Shown one piece after another: positions 12,500-25,504 of a DNA stretch of 64,000 nt (position 1 is the first letter of the stretch; each line of letters opens with the position of its first letter). A program made the translations under genes and the position numbers. This DNA comes from Lama guanicoe (Eukaryota): positions 1,350,084 through 1,414,083 of the forward strand of contig MU056050.1 in NCBI GenBank assembly GCA_013239625.1. Reading direction: 5' to 3'. Below the pieces are notes generated by a model. It was not told where the DNA came from. It saw only the letters and a program-made list of their open reading frames with translations, and made no database searches.

Positions 12500-13300
12500 C
12501 AGAACATAGGTGCTCTGTATCTGTGTGGTATGTGGAGGTGGAATATATGAGGCCAGTAACTAAGGGTTTTATGATGATGAGCTGACTAAAGTTAGTGATC
12601 CACTGGCTGTAGGTGATAAAGGAAGAGAGGAATGTAGGATAAACATTAGATTCTTATGTGGATTCTGAGTAGGTGTTGATACACTCATCATGATTGTAAA
12701 TACAGAAGGAGCAGATGAAGCTGATTGTGGGTGAAGGAAATGATTGTGAATTTAGTTTGAAACATGTTGAGCTTGAGTTATGTATGTTAAATAGTAGGCG
12801 GCAAAAATTTAGTTCTGGGAAATTGGCTGGACTGGAGGATGAAGCTCTCAGAGTCATTAGTGTACATGTGATAGTAGAATTCTAAGGAATGAATGAGATG
12901 GCTGAGGAGAGAGATTGAGGAGTGAGAAGGGAGAAAAGCCGAGGAGCGAACTCAGGCCAAAAGCAATGGTTTAAGTGTGACTACTTTTAGCCAATTAGTC
13001 AGTGGCATTTCCATGAGCAAACAGCATAGTAAGGATGAAGGAGGAATAATAAGGTAATAAAAGATGTAGCTGTGATCATGAACTGTCTTGGTATGTACTT
13101 TTATGTTAGATACTCTCTGTCATACAAGAAAAGAAGTGTTACTATGGAAGCCAAGAAAGCAACAATATTAAGAAGGAGTGGTGAACATTACACAATGCCA
13201 AAGAGAGAGATGAAGGTAGAGCATCCACTGGAATAGGTCTTATGTGTTTGGGGGAAAGCTTGGTTCTAGTGACTGTAAGAAGGCGTGAGGAGTGTGTAGC
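12500..13300 (-). mobile_element. L2 LINE relic
   Basis: Purine-rich antisense L2 motifs: tttagtttgaaacatgttgagcttgag, gaatgaatgagatggctgaggagaga, atggaagccaagaaag. Confidence 0.7.
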
Positions 13301-14759
13301 AGGACTAGTTTATTGCTTAACAGTGGTCTCAGAGACTGTCATCTTTTCTTAGACTTTAATTTTATAAAGTTAAAAAATTTTAACTTTCTTGCTGTTACTC
13401 CTTATGAAATATAATTATGTGTCATGACTCCATCAAATATTGGTAGGTATTTGTATCAAACTTAGATGCAAAAATATTAAAAAGATACTTCTTATTTAAG
13501 AATGCTTTCAACACTTTGTCAATAGCTAGTATATCATATGCAAAAGTTAGATGATTGCATGTTCACACTGCCTGATAGATATAAATGGATTGCTAGTCTA
13601 TTCTCTGGTTTCTTTCAATTCTAGGAAATGTGTTTTAGTATTCTTTGGAAACATTTAGATATGGTTTTTAAATATGACCAGAGAAATGTCATTTATTTCT
13701 TTCTCTGATGAGTAAAGAATATTACCAAATATTCCAAAAGAGTCAAACCCTTGGTAATCAAGCTGTTTTCCTCATAGCTGAGTTTCCTTATACAATTCTG
13801 CCATTTTACCTTCAACATAAAAATAAGCAAGATATCTTATCCTTGAAATGATGGGTTATATATCCCTAAAATGATAGCTTATATGTAAGAAATTTGTGAT
13901 AATGGATCATTGCTAAGGTATGCCAATTGAGCAAGTTGTTTAAAATCATTGAAATTCATCTCCAGTCCATCCCATCATTTTAGTCTATTTTCTTAAAATC
14001 ATCACACTTGCAAAGTCACATGTTGGTATCACATACAATCAAATACAGAATCTCATAATGTGATTGTTCTGTGCTATAGCGTTTACATCACTATCTTTAC
14101 CATTACTTTCATGTTTTGATGCACAAGTTTTGCATCATTGGTCCAATTTTGTTATTTGGAGATTTAACAAAATAATAAGAATTCAAAAGGAAAATATAAT
14201 AAAGGTAAATAGTAAGAAATTAGTTGACTATGTATTAGTGTATATAACCTGAACCATATTAAATGTTAGCCAAAAATTAATTTATATATAATTCAACATA
14301 GGTCCAACCTTTAAGAATGCAAGAATTACTAATACTATAATAGGATTTTTCTGAAAATCACCCCTATCTTACATTTTACATTTGTAAACTGTATGTGTGT
14401 GTGTATGTGTATATATATATATAAAATTATACATAGGATACTAGTTAATTTACTCATTTATATAAATTTGCTTTGCTTAAATATTTCATGCTATGGTAGT
14501 AAGAAAAGCAGTGAAGGCAAGAGAGCATGACAGCGATGCCCTCAAGGACACACAGTCCTCTGAGTAAGATAAACACTTCCGTATGAAATGAATCACATTC
14601 AGCAGTTGAATCTTTTGTGACCTCCCTTTACCATCTTTGCAACATGGTGAACTTGAATTAGATCACTTGTTCTGAGAGGAATAAAAGCAGACATATGAGG
14701 ATCAACAAGGGGAAATATAATTCCCCCTTCCCTTTTCCACACCTTTCAGTAGGAAGACG

Positions 14760-14945
14760 AAGCAGTGTGGTAAAGTAGAAAGAAGACTAAGCTAGAAATC
14801 ACTCTGCAGTTCTGGCCTGACTTTCTCATTTAGTGGCTGTGCACTTCCTGACAAGTCCCTTTACCTTCTGGGCGATAATTGGCCTTATGTGTGAAATGCA
14901 GTGGGTGGATTTGACCAGATGTAGTGTCTGTGATTCTGTGATCTA
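14760..14945 (+). mobile_element. MIR3/MIRc SINE
   Basis: agcagtgtggtaaagtagaaag...gtctgtgattctgtgatctatg. Confidence 0.6.
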
Positions 14946-16309
14946 TGAATCCCTTGTCCATTTCATATGGAAGCTCTTTGTGAAAATCCCCACATATAAT
15001 AACTTTTTGTTCTTTTGCAATGAGAGTTTTTTCTTGGGAAAAAAATAGATTCTTCTGATTCTCTTGTTTATAAACAGAAGTTGATTTTCATCCTTTGAAC
15101 CAAGGGATGTAAAAATTTTAGCCTCTTCCTCCATTTGTTTCAGGTGGTAGTTTTTCCTCTTCTTTAGGAAGCAACCTCATTACTTCATTGCCAGCTATGG
15201 AGGCCTTTCTGTTCCGCAGCCTTTCATTTTGTTTGACACATTTCAGCTTGTTTTTCTTTTGAAGACATGTGATAGATAATGAGAATTATTTCTTATTCCT
15301 AAAAGTTGTGATCTAGATGCTTTCCCATTCATTTCATCGGAGAATTTATCTGGTTTGTAATGGGTCCCTGTCTTAAGGCTAGCAACAATGTCAATGAATT
15401 AAAATGAAACAATCAGGAAATGGCAGCTGAACAGATGTCAGCTAATAAACGTGCATAATGCGTCAGACCCCAAATCCCCACTTGCTCTGGGACGCTACCA
15501 AAGTAGTTTTGGCTCAATATTTGCCTACCCTGAAGTTCACCAAATCCCCATTTCCAGAAGTGTAACTCAAGAAGGGTTTCCCTGGGGTGAGAATTGAAGA
15601 AAGAAATGCCCAGGTGTATTCCATCTGTCAGCTCGTGCGGAAATGGTTGAATTTTGCCTCACCTCACTGTCACCTCCTCCCCGATACACTCAGAAACAGC
15701 TGAACGGAAAACGCAGGGAAAGAACAAGTTGTTTCTTAAAAAGAAACACAAAGGGAGCAGGAGGCAAAGGCATAGTCTTTCTAACTTCCCTTACGTGACT
15801 GACAAACTCAAGATTATAAGGGAAAAAAGCTGTATAATCTATTTGTATTTTTCAGAGTAATAACTCTTTAGAGACATAGAACATGTGTAGAAACTGAATT
15901 TCAAGCAAGGCTGAAGAGATTTGCTCAATGTCCATAGTATGTAAGTGACAAATTTAGGTTTATAACTCAAGCCCCCTGAATTCCAGTTCAGGGCTTTTCA
16001 TTAGACTTCACTCATTGATGTTTTCTTTTTCCTAAAGCCCAGGAAACCTTAGTTTGATTGCAAGACATAACTGCTACCACCTGCCCTTTAAAAATTGTGT
16101 TAGCATTGACCTTCACGCTACCCCAACTTTCCTAGAGCCCACGTCAACAGAGCTGCTAAACAATGTATTTTAAGCATGTAGAAGAACCCACTACCCAAAG
16201 ACATAGTTTGCCTAAGAAGGAGAAACTTTATCTGAACCCCATCTTTAGTGAGGCAGGAAAATTATTTGAACAAATCCTAGAATCAAGCTTAAGAATTTAG
16301 ACTTCATTG

Positions 16310-16530
16310 TTACAAGGACCAAGATTAGAATGCTTAACTCTGCCACATGCTGTGAAACTTTGGGCAGGTTACTTTGCCTCTCTGAACATCAATTTCTTAT
16401 TCTATAAAATAGGAATTCAATAACATGCTCTTCGAAGAGTTATTTATAAGGACTGAATAAATGAGATAATGGATGTTAAGCATTTAGCAAGTGTCTGGCA
16501 TATAGTGTTCAAGATGCTAGTCACTGTTAT
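16310..16530 (+). mobile_element. MIR SINE
   Basis: tttgggcaggttactttgcctctctgaacatcaatttcttattctataaaatagg...gtgtctggcatatagtg. Confidence 0.8.
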
Positions 16531-16589
16531 TATCAGCCCCTTCATTCAAGTCTTTGTGTGTGTGTATGTGTGTGTGTAAAGTTTGTTTC

Positions 16590-16735
16590 TTTTCTATCTC
16601 CCTTGTTGGAAGGTAGAACTCATAAGAACAGGAATTGTGTCTATATGGTTCCTTGTTGGATGTCCAGTGTCTAGAGCAATGCTTTCTCAAAGAGTAGACA
16701 ATCAGCACATACATGTTTAACAGATGAATGAGTCA
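16590..16735 (+). mobile_element. L2 3' end
   Basis: tccagtgtctagagcaatgc...tgtttaacagatgaatgag. Confidence 0.6.
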
Positions 16736-17084
16736 GGTGGCCCCCACCTATAGTGATCCATTGTGTTACAATATGACTTAACACAAAAGGAACTAATTCT
16801 TTTCAAACTCATCTTTGGACTCGGAATATATCATAGCATTGTTATTCCTCTCTAATATTTGACATCTGCTGTTCTGTGGGAACCATCTTCTTCAGTGATG
16901 GAAGGCAATTTATCCTGCCCTGGCCATGTTTTCAAAGATTCAATCTCTTTTTGATTAATACGTTCTCCTCATGAAATTACTCCTTTACTGTGTGTGGAAA
17001 CATTTTGCAAATTAAATTGAACAAGACCACTCAGCTTGGTTATGATGGGTAGTGGTTATTCACCTTTTTATTCAATCACACCAT

Positions 17085-17115
<31 letters not shown>
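17085..17115. repeat. (TGA)10 microsatellite
   Basis: Read directly from the sequence. Confidence 0.95.
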
Positions 17116-17119
<4 letters not shown>

Positions 17120-19134
17120 GATAATGACCCATCTTTGTTTAGAGGATTGTAACCAAAGGATTAATGTGGACAATAGGAGATATTCATATCAAATATCTGC
17201 ATTTTTGCTTTCAATCTAGATAAAGAAAATCTGCCTGATGCCTACTCACTTTCTTTCATCACCCTCCTTCCCCACCCCCCACACATCCTTCCTCTACAAT
17301 CTTCCCTACTCTATTAGATTTGCATATCTCTGGAATGACAGCGACCAATGAGCACAGAAAGGGCATGAATCCTAAGGTGAATTCGTGCTAGATCATGGAG
17401 TTCAGGCAAAGGCTAACCGACTGCACAAGTGAAGCCTGTTATCAGAATCTCTTTTCCATGTTGGAGTTGTTTCCTTACTGGTCTGGTTTCTTTTCATGAC
17501 TATCCATATTCCATTTGAGTAGCTCATTTCACAATGGCCCCACATAGGCTACTTTTTAAAAACCCTATTTAATACTAGCTTAAAAAAAAAACAAAACAAA
17601 AACTGAGCTTAAGAATCAGAAAGCCAGAGGTCTCCACTCCACTGCAGGAAATGGACAAAAGCTAAAAATATTAAAAAGTTGAAATGACCACCTAGCCACA
17701 AAATCAAGCAATGCATCCCAAAACAATGTACCACTCTGAAGATTAGCTCTTATTTTGGATCACTCATGTTTCCACTCAAAATTTTTTAATATGCAAACAT
17801 GGTTAAATAATATCCATTTCCCCGGTCTATACTCAGATGCCATACTAAGACCAATGTTCACCTCCCACACACCAACGCCTTAAAAGAGCCATTCTACAGT
17901 AGTAAGAAGTTGTACAATAGATCAAAGTGAGCTGGATATCAAACAACCTGAGTTCTAGCCCTATTTCCACGAATAACTTACATCATTTTAGACCAGTTAT
18001 TTCCTCCCTAGATCTAGGTTGCGTACTTTGCAAATGGGAGTAATGGCTTTTAAAATGCCCAGTTTATTTTTTAGGATTCTCTGAGATTCTTTGTTAATTC
18101 AGAAAGGAGTGTAAGTTAGTTTTCCTTTGCCTAATTATCTTCTATAGCAAACCAATAACAAAGTTGATGAAGTAGTTTAATTTGAATCCTTATCATACAA
18201 TATGTAGCAAAGATTTAGTTGTGCCCTGATTGGACACATCTCAAGCCATGCTTTACTAATTTGACAGTGGCTCCAATATCTCAAAATTTTTTAGTAAATG
18301 CATGAAAAATTATTACTTGACTTAGTCTTGTTGGTTAAACTAAATAGGACACATATACACATTTAAGGCCTCCAGATATGTTAACACTATTGATTATTTT
18401 AAAAGATAATGAAAGAATTAGCGTGATGTTTGCAATTCATCTCAAATAACACTTTTTATGCAACAAGGGACATTAATACAGTTAGGAAGAAAAAAAAAAG
18501 AATACTTAAAATGTTTTCTTTGATCCAGGAGGAAGTAGTGTCAGATGATTGGTATTGAAGACATGCATGTACTTAGGCCAATTCTCTTCTTAAAAGCAGA
18601 ACATGAAAGAGAGCTGGCTTTTTACTTCACATATACGCATCTGAATCTGATGAATAAGCAAGAGACTGCTATAAAGAACTCTTGAGCACACAGGACATGG
18701 ATACAGAAACCCACATGCCTCTCTTTCTGCTTGTCTGTTATTCAAGACCGCTCTGTAAGCTATTAAGAAGTTTCCTACAAACCAACAAATAGGATATAAT
18801 CCTCAGATGCCTAACACCCACCAGACAAGGGCACAGAGGTGAACAGAGCCCCGAGAAGCACACTGCCATTTGTTTAATGTATTATCTTGATGCAGATGGC
18901 CATTGCCAGTTTGCTTACTTGACTTTTGCTTTTGGGTATTGACACTTGGGTTTCCTTTTCCCTCCAGTGGACAGGCACTCGCTGTTGCCCAGTGAATCCC
19001 CAGTTCTCTAGACTTTTCCTCGAGGCTGCAAAAACTTTTTCTCATTCATCAATTCCTTTAGTCAAGTGCCCTTATATAGCAAACCACTTTTCACCAGCTC
19101 CTAAGGTCTGTCACTGTCAGAAATCTTAATGTTG

Positions 19135-19400
19135 CATCTAGCCCACATCTCCTTCAAGACTTTTCTAAAATGTCATTTTCTCTGTGATGACTTCCTGCTT
19201 ATTCTCCCCCATAGCTTTTATCATCATCTAACATGTACTATAATGTACTTATTATGTTTATTGTCTCTCCCTACACTAGAATATGAGTTTTAGGAGGCAA
19301 AGATTTTTCTCTGTAGGCTTTCATGACATATTCCCAGAACCTGGAAGGTTACCTGGTTTATAGTAAGTGCTCCATAAACATTTGTTAAATTAATGAATCT
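19135..19400 (+). mobile_element. L2a 3' end
   Basis: tttattgtctctccctacactagaatatgag...tagtaagtgctccataaacatttgttaaattaatgaat. Confidence 0.8.
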
Positions 19401-21108
19401 CTAGCCAAATCTCTCTCATATCAGCTCTTTCAGATGCTGACAGCTGCCTGAATTAAAGTTTGACCCACACCTCCTTGGATTTGTTATATCAGGTTTTGAT
19501 GAGTGATCCTGCCCCTTACAGATGAGGCTGTCTCCATTTCTGTTCATTTTCTTCACGCTGTGCTAGCAGGTATCTAGCTTGGTTCTCCTATTCTCTCCTC
19601 AGAAGTATCCCAAATATTTCATGTATCACTCTAGTGGAGGGGAATCTGGAAAGGACCACCTTAGCAATTCACATATTTTACTTCTCACAAAACCTGGCAA
19701 TATATGCTCATCTCTCCCATTCAGCCTTTTACACTTTGCCCACTAACCTCCTTAGACTTCTTTCTTTGTGTGTATTTGCATGTACATATTGGTATTCTTG
19801 GGTGCATGTGGCCCTTTTTTTCTGTCCATAAATATATTGTCAGTTCTCCCGTACAGATAGCAGGTTTACTTGAGAGGATGATTGGTCAGTTCCTACTGGG
19901 ACTGCCCCACTCCTGCCTTATTTTCCCAAATGAGTTTGTTCTCTTTAGGCTACACAAGGTCATTTTAATAAACTAAGATCATTTTCCTTGGTAAATGGGA
20001 AAATATAGTTTTGTTTCTAAGAAACAACATTTCCTGCATAATTTCCAGAAGAAATAATAACTGGTATTCAAAGATCAGGATCCGAGGAGAGATTCTTCAG
20101 GTTGTTGGAAGGTTGTGAACACCAGCGTCATTTCTCCTAGTGGTGTATATTCGAAGCTTGGTGTGAATTTTTGGCTACATCTGTGCTGACTGTGTCAGCA
20201 CATGTGAGAACTGTGTGCTTTCTCAGATGAGTGGCTTTTTGATGATAAGTTTGCTGCAATGACACTGCTTAAGTAGGACCTTGGAAAAGACAAGCAGCAG
20301 CTAAAGAACAAAATGCACAGCATGTTACTCCGTAGCCTCATCAAAGGTATCCCAACTCACAAGGGAAATTACAAGTTAAAAAAGCAGTGATTTGTATACT
20401 TGCAAAAAAAGTAACAGAAAGCTCAGGCAAACACCTTACTATCCAGTGATGCTCTATATACATAACATTCTTATTGCTACTGTTTTTTCCTTTGCCAAAA
20501 CAAATGCCAATTTGCCAAAAACCATGAAGTATTATAGTTCCTAAAAAGGACTCATTATCATTTCTAGCCTTCCTCCCTTAAGTAGTTTGTCCAGGAATGA
20601 AGGGGCATGTGCCTTCTCCCTAGTATTATGTATGGGTACCCAAAGGGAAAATTATCCTAGCTTCCAGGGGTACAGTTTTAATAAATATCACTTTCAATTT
20701 ATATGTATAAGATCTGTTTCCTTCAAAACTTTCCCAGAGTTTCAGAATTTCTGATACCAGATAAATTTTAGTCTTAATTACATCCTGTGCATAGAGTCAG
20801 TAGATCATGCACCTCTCCAGTGATGCAGCCCTGGTTGAAATATGCTGAATGTGACTATATTTCATTTTCCCTCACTCTTTTATCTTTAGCTCTTACATAA
20901 TTCAAAGGTCAAGAGATTGGTAACTTTGAATCTCTAGAAAGAGTGGCTATCCCTTTTCTTTCAGGAATTCCAGGCTTCTAGCCAATTCTTGCTGATATTT
21001 CCCCTGGAATTTCCAAGGTCTGGAGGTGAACGCATTCAAAATGTTTGATAAGATGCTTTCCTGGAAACTGCATTCTGGTGTGTTAGTATATTGATCCTAC
21101 GCAGAGTA

Positions 21109-21146
21109 TAGGTAGGTAGATTGATAGGTAGGTAGGTAGGTAGGTA
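21109..21146. repeat. Interrupted (TAGG)n tetranucleotide repeat at an L1 tail
   Basis: Read directly from the sequence. Confidence 0.85.
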
Positions 21147-21154
21147 AATAGAAT

Positions 21155-21735
21155 ATAATTATTAAAGTATAATTGATTTGCAATGTTATATTAGTTTCAG
21201 GTATGCAACATAGTGATTCAATATTTTTATAGATTATACTCCATTTAAAGTTATTATAAGATAATGGCTACATTTCCTTGTGCTATACAATATATCCTTT
21301 TTGCTTATCTATTTGATACATAGTAGTTTTATCTCTTAATCCCATACTCCTACCTTGCGCCTTCCCTATTCCCTCTCCCCACTAGTATCCACTAGTTTGT
21401 TAGTTTGTTTTCTATATCTGTGAGTCTGTTTCTATTTTGCATATATATTCATTTGTATTATTTTTTAGATTCCACATGTAGGTGATAACATATAGTCTTT
21501 TCCTTTCTCTGTCTCACTTATTTCACTAAGCATAATATTCCCTAGGTCTATCCACATTGTTGCAAATGGCAGAATCACATTCCTTTCTTATGGCCAAGTA
21601 GTATTCCATTATAGATATTTACATATATATATATATATATGCACACACACATATTCTTTATCCATTCATCTGTTGATGGATACTTGGGTTGCTTTTGTAT
21701 CTTGGCTATTATAAATAATGCTACTATGAACAATA
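21155..21735 (-). mobile_element. Cetartiodactyl-type L1 3' end
   Basis: aaagtataattgatttgcaatgttatattagtttcagg...tgtgctatacaatatatcc...ttagattccacatgta...tatccattcatctgttgatgga. Confidence 0.9.
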
Positions 21736-21739
21736 AAAT

Positions 21740-22560
21740 GGAACCCAATTAAAAAATGGGCAAAAGTCTTGAACAGACTTCACAGAATCAAAAGTAGTAG
21801 TGACCAATAAAAACATGAGAAGATGCACAAATATCGTCAATCATTAGGAAAATTCAAATTACATTCATAATGAGATATCATTATATACACTAGAGTGACT
21901 AAAAATTCAAAAGAATAATGGCACCCAGTTTTGAAGAGGATGTAGAGCTACTAGATCTCTCATACATCTACAAGGGAGTGTAAAATGATGCAACGGCTAT
22001 GACTAAACATATAACTACCTACCTTATGATATAGCAGTTCTTCTAGATATTTTTTGAAGAAACATGAAAATATGCATCCACACAAAGCTATGTATAAAAA
22101 TGTTCATGGCAGCTTTAGTCATAATAGAAATATGCTGAGAATTATCTACCTATCCATCAGCAAAAGAATGAATTAAAAAGTGATGCTTCAGTCCATGGAC
22201 TACTGTTCAACAACCAAAAGGAGGGGACTGTGGATACCCACAACATGGATGAGTCTGATAAACATACTCAGAGAAGTCAGACCCAATATAGTACCCACTG
22301 CACAATTCCATTTTTGAATTGCTAATATGGAAGAAACAAAGCTATGGGAATGGAAATCATAAAAGGGATTGCCACTGGGAGGTGCAGGGGGATAGATCAG
22401 AAAAGGACAGAATGGAACTTTTTAAAGTTATGTCAATGCTCTGCATTTTGATCAAGGTATTGTTTTCAGATATAGGCATTTGTCAAAACTAATCAAAGTG
22501 TACTCTTAATATTTGCCCATAATCACTGAATGTAATCATAACTCAATAAAAAATGAAAAA
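21740..22560 (+). mobile_element. Old L1ME-type ORF2 end and 3' UTR
   Basis: aaaaatgggcaaaagtcttgaacagac, aatgttcatggcagcttta, ends ctcaataaaaaatg. Confidence 0.8.
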
Positions 22561-23899
22561 GAATGTCATAGCCAAAGTTGAATATATATTAGCCCAAGCT
22601 AACTTTAATGATTTCCATTTCCAAAACTATACACAACGGCCTTGCTAGTTTCTATCTTAGATTAAAATATGAGTCACACAGAAGAGTGAACAATCAATTG
22701 TAATATGGAAATGTGAAGAAACTTCTTTTCATATACACTTGGAAAAATTGTACTTCTTCAAAAAGAAAAGTAGAAAATAGATCCTTATGGTAATTTTAGA
22801 TTAGATAAATACTAGAAATAAAATGTTAACATACATCTTCAGTAGGAAAGTATTGTATTCAGAAGTATAATTAGAACCAAGAGCAGCTTTGTTTTTGCTT
22901 AAGTTTTTGTTTAAAAGGCTTTTTCCAAAGAGCCTGCCCAGAGGTAAACTGACATGCTCCCTTCCGGAATCAGGATACTGCTGCCACATTTGCAGTGACA
23001 CTTTTCCAGTTAACTAGACCATCTGAAGTCTCCCTGAACACTCCATGTCACAAGGGAGCATAATATATAAAATATATGAAAGCAAAGTCACCTGGTTGAA
23101 GAGTATGCTTTTCTTCCTCCTCACCATCATCCCTGAAGCCACTCCTTTCTTTCTGTAAGTATAAGGCAGCTTAAAAATCGCTGGCCAATTCAAGAATACT
23201 AATGAAATGAGTATTCCTTTCGGAAGTAGACAAGACACTTCTGAAAGATAAAAGTGACAATGGGTATATGGCAAAGCAGTTAAGTAAAGAAAGTTCTGGC
23301 AGCTCCAGGGGTTAATATGTCTGAGCTGACTCGCTTCAAGTTTTTGAAAGTAAGCCCCACACTACATCAAACTCGAGGCAGAATTTATTCTTTTGACTGA
23401 CTCCCTTCTACCATCCCAACCAAAGCCTCTTGATGGTGGTACTCTGGCACCTGAGTCAGCTCTAGTGTGAACTAAGAAATCTTCAAAGTTTATCTGCAGA
23501 CCTCGCTCCTCATTTCCTTTCTTGGCCATTTTATTTTCCATGTTCACACTATTCAAATATGTATAACACATTTCCATCAGTAGCATCTCTTATTATAGCA
23601 GCATCTATTATTGCTTGCAGTAATTCTTAAATAGTAAGAGTGGGTTGCCTATGCACAGTTTTAATATTCTGCCCATGTTAAGACCTTAATCTCATAGGTT
23701 ATAATTAATGTGCTACTCTATTAAGGCCTTATCCTGCAGCACCTCACACTCTGAATCATTCTCTGCTCCTCTTCCTCATCAAAATGTAACTGGGTCTTCT
23801 TTGTACAAAGTTGAACTCTCTGTAGGGTGAGTATTGATGTTAATTTGGTAATGAGATGAATTACCATGTTTACTTTGGTACACATTAACAAATTCAATG

Positions 23900-24125
23900 T
23901 TACTCATTAGCATGTTGGCTATGAACCTGTTCAGTTACTGTCTATGTGAGCTTGGGCAGTGTGTGAATCTTCTCTGAGCCTCAGTTTCCTTATTTATGAA
24001 ATGGAAATCATGAAGAAAAATTCCAAAACCAACTCAGCTTAGTAAAATGAGCACTGAGAAGATAAATGGGGTAATGTAACTAAGGCACTTAACTTCTACA
24101 TAGCACAGGGTAGTAGCTATCATTT
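23900..24125 (+). mobile_element. MIR SINE
   Basis: gagcttgggcag...tctctgagcctcagtttccttatttatgaaatgg. Confidence 0.8.
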
Positions 24126-24487
24126 ATTAAAAGCTTACCACTAATATTACTAGTTAAATGCATATTTTTTCAAGGTCTCATCTTAGGCCCTGGGGCAAGA
24201 AGAGTTGAACCTTTTAGGGATCATAAAATACAACGTAGCTGCTGCATCATTCTCCCAGGTGGAAGGTTGGTCTTCATGGCAACTAAAAGAGAAAAAAAAA
24301 AAAGTGGAAAATGCTTGAGTTCTTCAGGATGAAATTTTCTAAAGCACAACTCTCTCCTTGACTAGGATCATAATCATTCACTCAACAAACATTACCTGAG
24401 TACGTGCCAACATAATGGATATTATTGCAAGAAATATATATATATAGTATAAATATCTAATGTATAATTATATTAGAAATAATATAT

Positions 24488-24860
24488 GTTATGCTTAGTA
24501 AAATAAATCAGAGAAAGACAAATACTGTGTGTTATTACTTACATGTGGACTCTAAAAAGGAAACCAAATGAATGTATATAACAAAACAGAAAGAGATTCA
24601 CAGATACAGAAAGCAAACCAGCAGATACCAGTGGGGAGAGGGAAGTGGGGAGGGGCAAGATAAGAGGATGTGATTAAGAGATACAAACTACTGTATGTAG
24701 TATAGATAAGCAACAAGGATATATTGTACAGCACAGGGAAATATAGCCATTATTTTGTAATAACTTTAAGTGGAGTATAATCTATAAAAATATTGAATCA
24801 CTATGCTGTATACCTGAAATTAATATAATATTTTAAATCAACTATACTTCAATACAAGTG
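24488..24860 (+). mobile_element. Cetartiodactyl-type L1 3' end with AT-rich tail
   Basis: Reverse complement of the family at 21155 and 58270 (cagcacagggaaatatagcc...aaatcaactatacttcaata). Confidence 0.9.
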
Positions 24861-25504
24861 AATAAATATATAAAATGTATTAGAAAATAAAATATTTAAA
24901 ATATGTATTATACATAAATACATAAAAATAAATAAAATATATAAAAACAAACATATATGAGAGAAAGAGATGAGGGTATGTACATAGATCTCACTGACAG
25001 TGGGTCTCTTCCATAAAACTTTGGGTAATTTTCCAGGAAACTACTAGGTATTCTCTGTTTAGGTACTCTATGTTATCTTCCTTTTCTAGAAGATTTTATC
25101 TCCTTTCTAAATTTCCTTCTGGGAATAGTCACAGTTGGACTCTGAGTATATGTTGACTCAAACGAAGGACTCTAGTTGGAATGTTATACTAAATTTCTCA
25201 TGAGACTTCAAACCAAGGAAGTTGTTGAGTACTATTCCCTACAAAGGTATCCAACATTGATGGTGAATTTTACCAATCTAAAAATTAAATTAAAGAGGAA
25301 TACTTGGTTATATTATCCAACATTTAAATTGATTATAAAAATATGGAGGATGGGTCATTTATGATGGATTAGCAAAGAGATCTTGAATTTCAGGAAGGAT
25401 CTCTAATCTTTGTAGTTGATATGAATTAGCATACTTAGGCTCTCCTACAGCTTATTCTTTGGAACGCATTAATGAGATATAATAGGAAAATGACTTGGGT
25501 AAGA

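Noticed and set aside
13838..13883. 23-bp tandem duplication (4 mismatches)
   Set aside because: Ordinary old slippage duplication with no sign of function.
21155..22560. Twin-priming inverted L1
   Set aside because: The opposite-strand halves each have their own 3' end and differ in subfamily and age.
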